A stretch of 32,480 bases of DNA from assembly GCA_965603145.1 (NCBI GenBank), contig CBFDBW010000001.1, positions 1-32,480 on the forward strand. Reading direction: 5' to 3'. Below are positions 23,557 through 31,286 of this stretch, in pieces (the stretch's first letter is position 1; every line of letters begins with the position of its first letter). The notes beneath the pieces are model-generated. The model saw only the letters and a list, made by a program, of their open reading frames with translations. It searched no databases and had not been told where the DNA came from. The DNA is from an uncultured Syntrophobacterales bacterium (GTDB lineage: Bacteria > Desulfobacterota > Syntrophobacteria > BM002). A program made the translations under genes and the position numbers.

Positions 23557-24984
23557 ATGGAAGATCTGGGGAATAAAAACGTACTGGTTGTCGGGCTGGC
23601 TCGCACGGGTCTGGCTGTTGCCGAGTTCCTTCTGGACCAAGGAGCTCGCGTTACCATTACCGACCATCTCCCGGCTGAAGACTTGGGCCCGGCGGCGGAC
23701 TCTGCCTTGAGGCTGGGATGCTCATTGGCGTTGGGAGGCCATCCCGCGGAACTGTTCACCGATGCGGATCTCATCGTTGTCAGTCCTGGTGTTCCTCTGA
23801 ACTTACCGCAGTTGCAAGAGGCCAGGAGCAAGTCCGTTCCGATTATCGGTGAACTGGAACTGGCGAGTCGCTTTCTCACGCTGCCTATTGTAGCCATAAG
23901 TGGCACCAATGGCAAAACCACCACGACAGCACTGGTGGGTGACATGATCAATCACAGCGGCCAGCGCGTCTTTGTGGGAGGCAACATCGGTAACCCTCTC
24001 GTCAATTTACTTCGAGAAAAAGAAGACTTTGAAGTAGCAGTGGTTGAAGTGAGCAGCTTCCAGCTCGATTCCATGGATACCTTTCACCCCCAGGTTTCAG
24101 TGCTGCTGAACATCAGCGAAGATCACCTGGATCGTTATGACTCTTTTTCTGACTATGTGGAAAGCAAGTGCCGACTCTTTTCCAATCAAACAGCGGATGA
24201 TATTGCGGTGGTCCCCGCCCGTGACCCCCTGATCGGAGTGCATTGTACCATCCGCAGTCGTCAACTCAACTTTAGCCTGTCCAAGCAATCAGCCCACGCC
24301 TACCTAGAGTCAGAACAGCTGGTCTGTCGGGTAATGCCTAGCCCGGTGCGTCGCTATGACCTGCGGCGTTGGCAACTCGTGGGCAATCATAACCAGCAAA
24401 ATCTTATGGCTGCGGTACTTGCTGCCACCTGCATGGGGGCCAAGCCTGAGGCCATTCAGAAGACTATCGACAATTTCAAACCGCTGCCGCACCGCCTGGA
24501 ACTGGCTCATCACTGGCGCGGCATCCGCTTTTATAATGACTCCAAAGCCACCAATGTGGATTCAGTGGTCCGATCCCTTGAAACCTTCACCGCGCCCATC
24601 ATCCTCCTTGCTGGGGGGCGCGACAAAGAAGGCTCCTACGATCCTCTTACTGGTTTGGTTCGCCAACGCGTGAAAATGCTCGTGCTCATGGGTGAAGCTC
24701 GATTTCGATTGGCCAAGACTTTGGGCAATCTCACTTGCACGGTGGTGGTGGACGACATGGAAGCTGCGATCCCGGTAGCCCTGGGCGCTGCTGCGCCAGG
24801 CGACGTGGTCTTGTTCTCTCCCGCATGTTCGAGTTTTGACCACTATGAGAACTATAAGGCCAGGGGCGACCACTTTCGTTCTCTGGTCCATAAATTCACC
24901 GCTATGGAAGTGTTTGATGAAACGACTAGTTGTCCCTGGATCTCTGCGGGCAGGAACAAAAGAAAACTCAACGCCCACAATTGA
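23557..24984 (+). CDS. murD: UDP-MurNAc-L-Ala:D-Glu ligase MurD, 475 aa
   Basis: VLVVGLARTGLAVAEFL Rossmann-like N-terminus, ISGTNGKTTTTAL P-loop, and NDSKATN. It has an unusual ~30-aa C-terminal tail. Confidence 0.92.
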   Translation: MEDLGNKNVLVVGLARTGLAVAEFLLDQGARVTITDHLPAEDLGPAADSALRLGCSLALGGHPAELFTDADLIVVSPGVPLNLPQLQEARSKSVPIIGELELASRFLTLPIVAISGTNGKTTTTALVGDMINHSGQRVFVGGNIGNPLVNLLREKEDFEVAVVEVSSFQLDSMDTFHPQVSVLLNISEDHLDRYDSFSDYVESKCRLFSNQTADDIAVVPARDPLIGVHCTIRSRQLNFSLSKQSAHAYLESEQLVCRVMPSPVRRYDLRRWQLVGNHNQQNLMAAVLAATCMGAKPEAIQKTIDNFKPLPHRLELAHHWRGIRFYNDSKATNVDSVVRSLETFTAPIILLAGGRDKEGSYDPLTGLVRQRVKMLVLMGEARFRLAKTLGNLTCTVVVDDMEAAIPVALGAAAPGDVVLFSPACSSFDHYENYKARGDHFRSLVHKFTAMEVFDETTSCPWISAGRNKRKLNAHN

Positions 24985-25040
24985 GAAATAATCAATGAGC
25001 AATACGCAAGACAAAATGTTCAATCTGAAAGCTAGAATCA
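24984..25040. repeat. Partial family-1-like heptamer array (right-arm type only)
   Basis: gagaaat aatcaat gagcaat acgcaag acaaaat gttcaat ctgaaag ctagaat. It shares AAATAATCAATGA with 27835-27847 and AATGAGCAAT with 21810-21819. Confidence 0.6.
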
Positions 25041-25058
25041 CCTAGAGGTTTTGCCAGC

Positions 25059-26240
25059 ATGGCTGGAGAAAAGGAACAGAAAAACAGCTACGATCTAGTC
25101 CTCCTGTTCGTTACCTTTGCACTGATGGGTATTGGACTTGTGATGCTTTACAGTTCCAGTTCCATCATGGCTCAGCAGCGTTTTGGCGACAGCATGTACT
25201 TTGTCAAGAGACAGATCCTTTTTTCCTTGATTGGGCTTGCCGTCCTGATCGTAAGCAAGAATTTGCCCTATGTTGTGTATCGCCGCCTTGTCTATGTGAT
25301 CCTTGGGGTGAGCCTGTTAAGTCTTCTTCTTGTGCTCTTGCCCCAGGTAGGCCATCGGGTTGGGGGTGCCAGGCGCTGGCTGCGGCTGGGCCCTCTCTCT
25401 GTACAACCGGCAGAATTTGCCAAATTGACACTCATCATCTACATTTCCTACTCCCTGGCCAAAAAGAAGGACCGGATCCAAGAGTTCAGTGTGGGGTATG
25501 TACCACACCTTCTGGTTTCAGCAGTCTTTATTGGCCTGGTGCTCATGCAACCTGATTTGGGAACTGCAATAACCTTTGCGGCCCTGGTTTTTCTTTTGCT
25601 CTTCGTCGCCGGTGTACGTTTGCGCTTTCTACTGGCCACAGGCCTGGCCCTCATTCCCCTTCTGGCTTTGGCCATAGCCCAGACAAGTTACCGCTTGGAA
25701 AGGCTATTGGCTTTTATCAACCCATGGCGAGATCCAAGCGATACCAGTTTCCAGCTCCTGCACTCATTATTTGCTCTCGGCTCAGGTGGTCCGTTAGGAG
25801 TTGGTCTGGGTTCCGGCCAGCAAAAGCTTTTCTATCTGCCAGAACCACATACTGACTTTATTCTGGCGGTAATTGGCGAAGAAACCGGGATGGTGGGCAT
25901 TGCCATTGTCCTCCTCCTCTACGGTCTGTTGATCTACAAGGGGGTGCAAATCGCCCTGCGAGCACCCGACCGCTACGGCACCTACCTGGCTTTCGGCCTG
26001 ACTCTGGTAATCGGGCTCCAAGCACTCATTAACAGTGCGGTGGTCATGGGGCTGCTGCCCACCAAAGGGCTGCCGCTACCCTTCATAAGCTACGGCGGCA
26101 GTTCTCTGCTCACCAACCTGGCAGCCATGGGAATTCTCATGAATATAAGTAGCTACGCCAAGGAGCAGTCCCGAGGCTGGTACACGGGGAACTGGCTGAA
26201 TCCGCAGGCCAGAAGGAGGCGGAGCAAAAGAAATGCCTAA
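25059..26240 (+). CDS. ftsW: SEDS-family peptidoglycan glycosyltransferase FtsW, 393 aa
   Basis: Polytopic SEDS pattern: QPAEFAKL, LQPDLGTA, PEPHTDFI, and LPFISYGGSS. Confidence 0.9.
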   Translation: MAGEKEQKNSYDLVLLFVTFALMGIGLVMLYSSSSIMAQQRFGDSMYFVKRQILFSLIGLAVLIVSKNLPYVVYRRLVYVILGVSLLSLLLVLLPQVGHRVGGARRWLRLGPLSVQPAEFAKLTLIIYISYSLAKKKDRIQEFSVGYVPHLLVSAVFIGLVLMQPDLGTAITFAALVFLLLFVAGVRLRFLLATGLALIPLLALAIAQTSYRLERLLAFINPWRDPSDTSFQLLHSLFALGSGGPLGVGLGSGQQKLFYLPEPHTDFILAVIGEETGMVGIAIVLLLYGLLIYKGVQIALRAPDRYGTYLAFGLTLVIGLQALINSAVVMGLLPTKGLPLPFISYGGSSLLTNLAAMGILMNISSYAKEQSRGWYTGNWLNPQARRRRSKRNA

Positions 26241-26314
26241 CTTGTCTAAAATTTTGGAAAAACACTGTCAAGAATAGATTTTATGAGGACTTTCTTAGCT
26301 GACTAAACTGAAAA

Positions 26315-27706
26315 ATGTACAAACGTTCTTATCATATTCACTTCGTTGGCATCGGTGGCATCGGTATGAGCGGTATTGCTGAACTGCTTCTCAACCTCGG
26401 CCACCAGGTCAGTGGCTCCGATATCCAGGAGACCGAAATTACCCGTCGGCTTGAAACATTAGGGGCAACGATCTCCTACAGCCATCAGCCCCAGCAGGTA
26501 GCCGGTGCTGACGCTGTGGTGGTTTCCTCTGCCATTGATTCTGACAACCCTGAGGTGGCTGCGGCCAACATGGACTACCACATACCAGTTATTCGTCGGG
26601 CCGAGATGCTGGCCGAGCTTATGCGGCTCAAGTACGCCGTTTTGATTGCAGGAGCTCACGGCAAAACGACCACTACCTCCATGGTGGGTACGGTGATGGC
26701 AGAGGGCGGTCTAGATCCCACCGTGATCATTGGTGGTCGTCTGAATGCATGGGGAACCAATGCCAAGCTTGGCCAGGGCGACTTTGTGGTGGCGGAAGCG
26801 GATGAAAGCGACGGCACCTTTCTTCTGTATTCTCCCACCATTTCGCTGGTAACAAACATCGACACTGAACATCTCGATTTCTATAAAGACCTGGATGCGA
26901 TCAAAGAGACTTTTCTCGAATTCATCAACCAGGTCCCATTTTATGGACTCAATATCCTTTGTCTCGAGGATGAAAACATTCAGGGCCTCTTGCCTCGGAT
27001 CAAGAAGCGGCTGGTCACCTATGGTTTCTCAGCGCAGGCTGATTTCCAAGCCCGTGACCTTGCCTTTGATGGAATGAATGTCTCCTATCGCGCTTTCTAT
27101 CGCGGTCAGGAATTGGGAAAGGTCAGTTTGCCCATCCCCGGGCGGCACAATGCCCTGAATTCCCTGGCGGCTGTGGCGGTCGGTCACGACCTGGAAATTC
27201 CCTTCCCCGCTATTTGCCGCGGTCTACAGGAAATGACCGGTGTGCAGCGCCGTTTTCAAATCAAAGGTGACGTCAATGGCGTTACCGTAATCGATGACTA
27301 CGGCCATCATCCCACCGAGATAAAGGCAGTGCTGAAAACAATGGCCTTATCATTTCCGGGGCGGCGCCGCTTTGTGCTTTTCCAGCCTCACCGCTACACC
27401 CGCACAAAAGCCCTGTTCCAGGATTTCACCACTGCCTTTTATCAATCGGACGTTCTCATTGTCACCGAGATCTATGCTGCCAGTGAACCGGTTATTCCAG
27501 GGGTGCATGCAGAAAAGCTGACAACTGCCATTCAAGAACATGGACATGGCAATGTCAGATACATCCCAGATCACCTGGCCCTGGTGCCGTCTCTCGTGGA
27601 AGAAGTGCGGGAGGGAGATGTTGTGTTGACCCTTGGAGCAGGTAACATTTGGCAAACAGGGGAAGCGTTGCTCAAACAATTGCAGGAAAAAGAGGGAAGC
27701 GAGTAG
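26315..27706 (+). CDS. murC: UDP-N-acetylmuramate:L-alanine ligase MurC, 463 aa
   Basis: HIHFVGIGGIGMSGIAELL, GAHGKTTTTSM, and DDYGHHPTEI. No recognisable SD upstream. Confidence 0.93.
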   Translation: MYKRSYHIHFVGIGGIGMSGIAELLLNLGHQVSGSDIQETEITRRLETLGATISYSHQPQQVAGADAVVVSSAIDSDNPEVAAANMDYHIPVIRRAEMLAELMRLKYAVLIAGAHGKTTTTSMVGTVMAEGGLDPTVIIGGRLNAWGTNAKLGQGDFVVAEADESDGTFLLYSPTISLVTNIDTEHLDFYKDLDAIKETFLEFINQVPFYGLNILCLEDENIQGLLPRIKKRLVTYGFSAQADFQARDLAFDGMNVSYRAFYRGQELGKVSLPIPGRHNALNSLAAVAVGHDLEIPFPAICRGLQEMTGVQRRFQIKGDVNGVTVIDDYGHHPTEIKAVLKTMALSFPGRRRFVLFQPHRYTRTKALFQDFTTAFYQSDVLIVTEIYAASEPVIPGVHAEKLTTAIQEHGHGNVRYIPDHLALVPSLVEEVREGDVVLTLGAGNIWQTGEALLKQLQEKEGSE

Positions 27707-27717
27707 TTGATAAAGCT

Positions 27718-27847
27718 GGCAGCGGGTACATTTCTCATCTGGCATTGCGGATTTATCATTGCCCATTGAGCAATGAAAACCATAAACGCATTTCACTGAA
27801 ATGAGAAATGATAAATTTGAAATGTGAAATGCAAAATAATCAATGAC
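27718..27847. repeat. Family-1 heptamer-phased quasi-palindrome, full copy (murC-murB junction)
   Basis: See 21700-21822. The terminal CAATGAC of the repeat contains the murB start codon (27843). Confidence 0.9.
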
Positions 27848-28769
27848 CATGGAAGCTAAATTGAAAAAACAGCTTCAGCACCTGGACGGAGTTGAAGTCG
27901 ACTGGAATGTGATGCTGACAGGACACACCTCGCTGCGCGTGGGGGGGCCGGTGTCCTGCCTCCTCCGTCCTCTTAATCTGGCAGGGCTGCAAACCACCGT
28001 CCAGGTGCTGAACAAAAATCATCATCCCTACTTCATTCTTGGGCGTGGAACCAATCTTCTGATGCGGGATGGTGGCAGCCGGGCTACAGCTATCAGCCTG
28101 GAGAGCGGCTTTTCTCAAATAGAGCACATGGATTCCGCGGGAAGAGTGAAAGTAGGTGCGGGAATGCGTCTCAACAGGCTTCTTCGCTTCTGCCTGAAAG
28201 AAGCTCTCAGCGGCCTCGAGTTTATTGCCGGCATACCCGGTTCGGTGGGGGGTGCTCTGCGAATGAATGCTGGTACTCACGCCGGAGAAATGGCTGATGT
28301 TTGTGAAGCGGTGCTCCTTCTTCTTGCTGACGGCGCCCTGAGCAGGCTATTCGGATCTCAACTCCGCTTTTCGTACCGCAGCCTAGAACTGCCGCCAAAC
28401 TCTGTGGTTCTTGAAGCTGAGTTCTCTCTTACCCCCAGCTCTCGAGAGCACATTCGAGACAAGATTCGCGCCTTGCTTAATACTCGAAAGGAGAAACAGC
28501 CATGGCGCCTTCCCTCAGCTGGCTCGGTGTTCAAAAATCCCCCAGGGGACTTTGCCGGTCGGCTCATTGAGGCCGCGGGTTTAAAAGGTATGCGCGTTGG
28601 CGATGCCCAAATTTCTACAAAGCACGCCAATTTCATCGTAAACCGGGGCCAGGCACGGGCCAGTGATATCCTGGCTCTCATTCAACTCGCCCAGGAAAAG
28701 GTGGCGCAAGAATTTGGCGTCCAACTAGAACTGGAAATCGAAGTCGTTGGCAATAACCATAACACCTGA
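27843..28769 (+). CDS. murB: UDP-N-acetylenolpyruvoylglucosamine reductase MurB, 308 aa
   Basis: FAD-binding GGPV...LGRGTNLL, GIPGSVGGALRMNAG, and SAGSVFKNP..FAG.LIE. Confidence 0.9.
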   Translation: MTMEAKLKKQLQHLDGVEVDWNVMLTGHTSLRVGGPVSCLLRPLNLAGLQTTVQVLNKNHHPYFILGRGTNLLMRDGGSRATAISLESGFSQIEHMDSAGRVKVGAGMRLNRLLRFCLKEALSGLEFIAGIPGSVGGALRMNAGTHAGEMADVCEAVLLLLADGALSRLFGSQLRFSYRSLELPPNSVVLEAEFSLTPSSREHIRDKIRALLNTRKEKQPWRLPSAGSVFKNPPGDFAGRLIEAAGLKGMRVGDAQISTKHANFIVNRGQARASDILALIQLAQEKVAQEFGVQLELEIEVVGNNHNT

Positions 28770-28782
28770 TTGTCGGGGCCGT

Positions 28783-29643
28783 ATGCAAATTTCGCTGCCA
28801 TTTGAAGCCATAAAGGTAAAGAGCAAGAAGAATAGCTACCGGAACAAACGTCTGCAGTTGTACCGACGATTGCGCCTGGTTGCTAAGATATTTCTTGTCC
28901 TTCTTGTTTTTGTTGCCTTGAGTGTTCTGTGCCTTGTTGGCTACCGTGCTCTACTCACTTCACCGCTACTGCAGGTCACCCGGATCCAGGTGAATGGCTG
29001 TCAGCAGCTGGACCCTCAAGCTGTCATTCAACAAGCCGAGATCCCATCTGGGGTCAACATTCTTTCCCTGGATCTAGACGGGGTAAGAAATAGGCTTACA
29101 CAACATCCCTGGATAGCGGCCGCCGCTATTAGCCGCGAGATCCCAGATCGGATTCGTATAGAGATTGAGGAACGTAAGCCGGTGGCCCTGGTCAAGGGGC
29201 ATCAGTTCTACCTGGCAGACCAGCAGGGCACTTGTTTCGCCCGGGCCGTGCCGAGCGAACATGCCGGTTTGCCTATTATTACAGGACTTGACCCTGGAAC
29301 CCTCGGCTCAGGCTGCAACCTGCCTCGAGAGTTTACCGTTCTCCTTGAAAATCTCTATCGAGAGACTCAGTTGAAATTACCCTGGCGACTCATCTCTGAG
29401 ATCAGGTGGAACAAGAATGCAGGGCTCAGCTTTTTTACCGCCCGAGGTGGAATTCAGGTCGACCTCGGCAGCAAAGACTATGGCATCAGGATAGCCAAGC
29501 TTGAAAAGGTGTTGCGCTATCTGGAGAAAAAAGAACTTCAGACCCAGTTAAGAGGGATTGATCTCAGCCACGGAAATCGGGTCTTTGTCAGAGGACGTTT
29601 CAAGATTCCCAAGCAAAACCGATCTCAACAAAAGGGGGTTTAA
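28783..29643 (+). CDS. ftsQ: Cell division protein FtsQ (POTRA domain)
   Basis: Basic N-terminus, a single TM, and a POTRA block (VTRIQVNGCQQLDPQAVIQQAEI...NILSLDL..VRNRL...PWI). ATG 28783 was chosen. An in-frame TTG at 28747 that overlaps murB by 23 nt is the alternative. Confidence 0.85.
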   Translation: MQISLPFEAIKVKSKKNSYRNKRLQLYRRLRLVAKIFLVLLVFVALSVLCLVGYRALLTSPLLQVTRIQVNGCQQLDPQAVIQQAEIPSGVNILSLDLDGVRNRLTQHPWIAAAAISREIPDRIRIEIEERKPVALVKGHQFYLADQQGTCFARAVPSEHAGLPIITGLDPGTLGSGCNLPREFTVLLENLYRETQLKLPWRLISEIRWNKNAGLSFFTARGGIQVDLGSKDYGIRIAKLEKVLRYLEKKELQTQLRGIDLSHGNRVFVRGRFKIPKQNRSQQKGV

Positions 29644-29645
29644 AC

Positions 29646-30872
29646 ATGGCCAAAAAGGATTCTTTGATTGTGGGACTTGACATTGGCACCACCAAGATTT
29701 GCGCCGTGGTTGGTGAGGCTACCCCTGAAGGAATAGATATTGTGGGAATTGGCACTCATCCTTCTGATGGCTTGCGCAAGGGTGTAGTGGTCAACATTGA
29801 AAGCACAGTGAATTCAATTAAACGAGCAGTGGAAGAGGCCGAGTTAATGGCGGGCTGTGAAATCAATGCGGCTTACGCCGGTATTGCCGGTGGACATATC
29901 GAGGGGGTCAACAGCCATGGTGTAATCGCCGTGAAGACCCGTGAAGTAAGCCAGCAAGACATTGACCGGGTAATCGATGCTGCCAAAGCAGTGGCAATAC
30001 CCTTTGATCGAGAAGTTATTCATATTCTTCCGCAAGAATATTTGATCGACGACCAGGGCGGTATTCAAAACCCTCTGGGCATGTCAGGCGTGCGCTTGGA
30101 GGCCAAGGTTCACATCGTCACCGGTGCTGTTACCTCAGCCCAGAATATCGTCAAATGCTGCCAACGTGCCGGCCTTGACGTCTGTGACATTGTTTTGGAG
30201 TCCCTCGCCTCAGCAGAAGCGGTACTGAACCCCCAAGAGCGTAGGTTGGGCGTGGCCCTGGTGGATTTTGGTGGAGGCACTTCGGATCTGGCCATCTTTT
30301 CAGAACACAGTATACGACATAGCTCGGTTCTCTCCCTGGGTGGCAATAATCTTACCAACGACATTGCGGTGGGATTGAGAACCCCGGTGGAAGAGGCAGA
30401 AAAAATCAAACAGCGCTACGGCTGTGCTCTCACTGCCATGATTCAAAAGGACGAGACTATCCAGGTGCCGAGTGTTGGAGGTGGCAAGGCAAAGGTGCTC
30501 AGCAGAAACATATTGGGTGAGATTTTGGAGCCACGAGTGGAAGAAATCTGTTCGTTGCTGCAACGGGAATTACTTCGATCCGGCTATTCGGACCTTGTGG
30601 CTTCCGGTCTGGTAATTACCGGGGGTTCCTCTTTGCTACCGGGGCTTGCGGAGTTGGCCGAGCAGGTATTCAACCTTCCTGTTCGCACTGGCCTACCCAC
30701 TGACATCGGTGGCCTGGCAGATGTGGTCAAAAACCCCATGTACGCCACTGGAGTAGGGTTGGTCCTTTACGGTGCCAACGCCACACCCAGAAAATTGTTC
30801 CGCATCCGTCAAAACAACATTTTCAACCGCTTGGTCGATCGGATGCGGAAATGGTTTAGTGATATCGTTTAG
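29646..30872 (+). CDS. ftsA: Cell division protein FtsA, 408 aa
   Basis: Actin-fold motifs VGLDIGTTKICAVVGE and DFGGGTSD, plus a C-terminal amphipathic helix (LVDRMRKWFSDIV). SD AAGGGGG lies upstream. Confidence 0.93.
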   Translation: MAKKDSLIVGLDIGTTKICAVVGEATPEGIDIVGIGTHPSDGLRKGVVVNIESTVNSIKRAVEEAELMAGCEINAAYAGIAGGHIEGVNSHGVIAVKTREVSQQDIDRVIDAAKAVAIPFDREVIHILPQEYLIDDQGGIQNPLGMSGVRLEAKVHIVTGAVTSAQNIVKCCQRAGLDVCDIVLESLASAEAVLNPQERRLGVALVDFGGGTSDLAIFSEHSIRHSSVLSLGGNNLTNDIAVGLRTPVEEAEKIKQRYGCALTAMIQKDETIQVPSVGGGKAKVLSRNILGEILEPRVEEICSLLQRELLRSGYSDLVASGLVITGGSSLLPGLAELAEQVFNLPVRTGLPTDIGGLADVVKNPMYATGVGLVLYGANATPRKLFRIRQNNIFNRLVDRMRKWFSDIV

Positions 30873-30929
30873 GCAAACCAGAAACGCTAATTTACTCAAG
30901 CTAAAAGGGCGGTCAACACTAAGGGGAAA

Positions 30930-31056
30930 GCGAATGTGCTCAAATTCGAAATCCGAATATCGAAACCAGGGCCCCGCCCGGAGGGTGGGGACTCCGAAGG
31001 AGAATTTTGAACATTCGGATCTGTTTCGTGCTTCGTGCTTAGGATTTCGAATTTCC
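30930..31056. repeat. Family-2 intergenic repeat, copy 2, with phased CGAAAT / ATTTCG arms and a central GC hairpin
   Basis: A perfect 13-bp inverted repeat joins AAATTCGAAATCC (30943) and GGATTTCGAATTT (31042). The central hairpin is CCCCGCCC-gga-GGGTGGGG. It is homologous to 14751-14836 in the opposite orientation. Confidence 0.85.
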
Positions 31057-31117
31057 TGTGAGTCTGTAAGTCTTGTGACCGACTATAACGTGGACTTGCA
31101 AACTTAAGGGGGCTGTG

Positions 31118-31237
31118 ATGACTACGTCGGACCTTTACTTCGTTTTGACCATGTTCTTTGTATGTATGGGCTGTTTTGTTGTTTTTACCATGGGGTTTGT
31201 CTTCTTCGCCCGTCGGCGACAAGGCAAGGGCTCGTGA
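31118..31237 (+). CDS. Unannotated small membrane protein, 39 aa (MTTSDLYFVLTMFFVCMGCFVVFTMGFVFFARRRQGKGS)
   Basis: It is below the ORF-track cutoff. Strong SD AAGGGGG lies 5 nt upstream of the ATG. It has one hydrophobic span of ~24 residues followed by a basic tail. It lies between ftsA and ftsZ, and its stop is 49 nt before the ftsZ ATG. Confidence 0.5.
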   Translation: MTTSDLYFVLTMFFVCMGCFVVFTMGFVFFARRRQGKGS

Positions 31238-31286
31238 ATTGCCGCCGGTGAAGATGTTTGAAACGCTCTAATGCAGGAGGTGGATC

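Noticed and set aside
30772-31107. 111-aa plus-strand ORF spanning the ftsA 3' end and the family-2 repeat
   Set aside because: It starts out of frame inside ftsA and is carried by repeat sequence. It has no SD.
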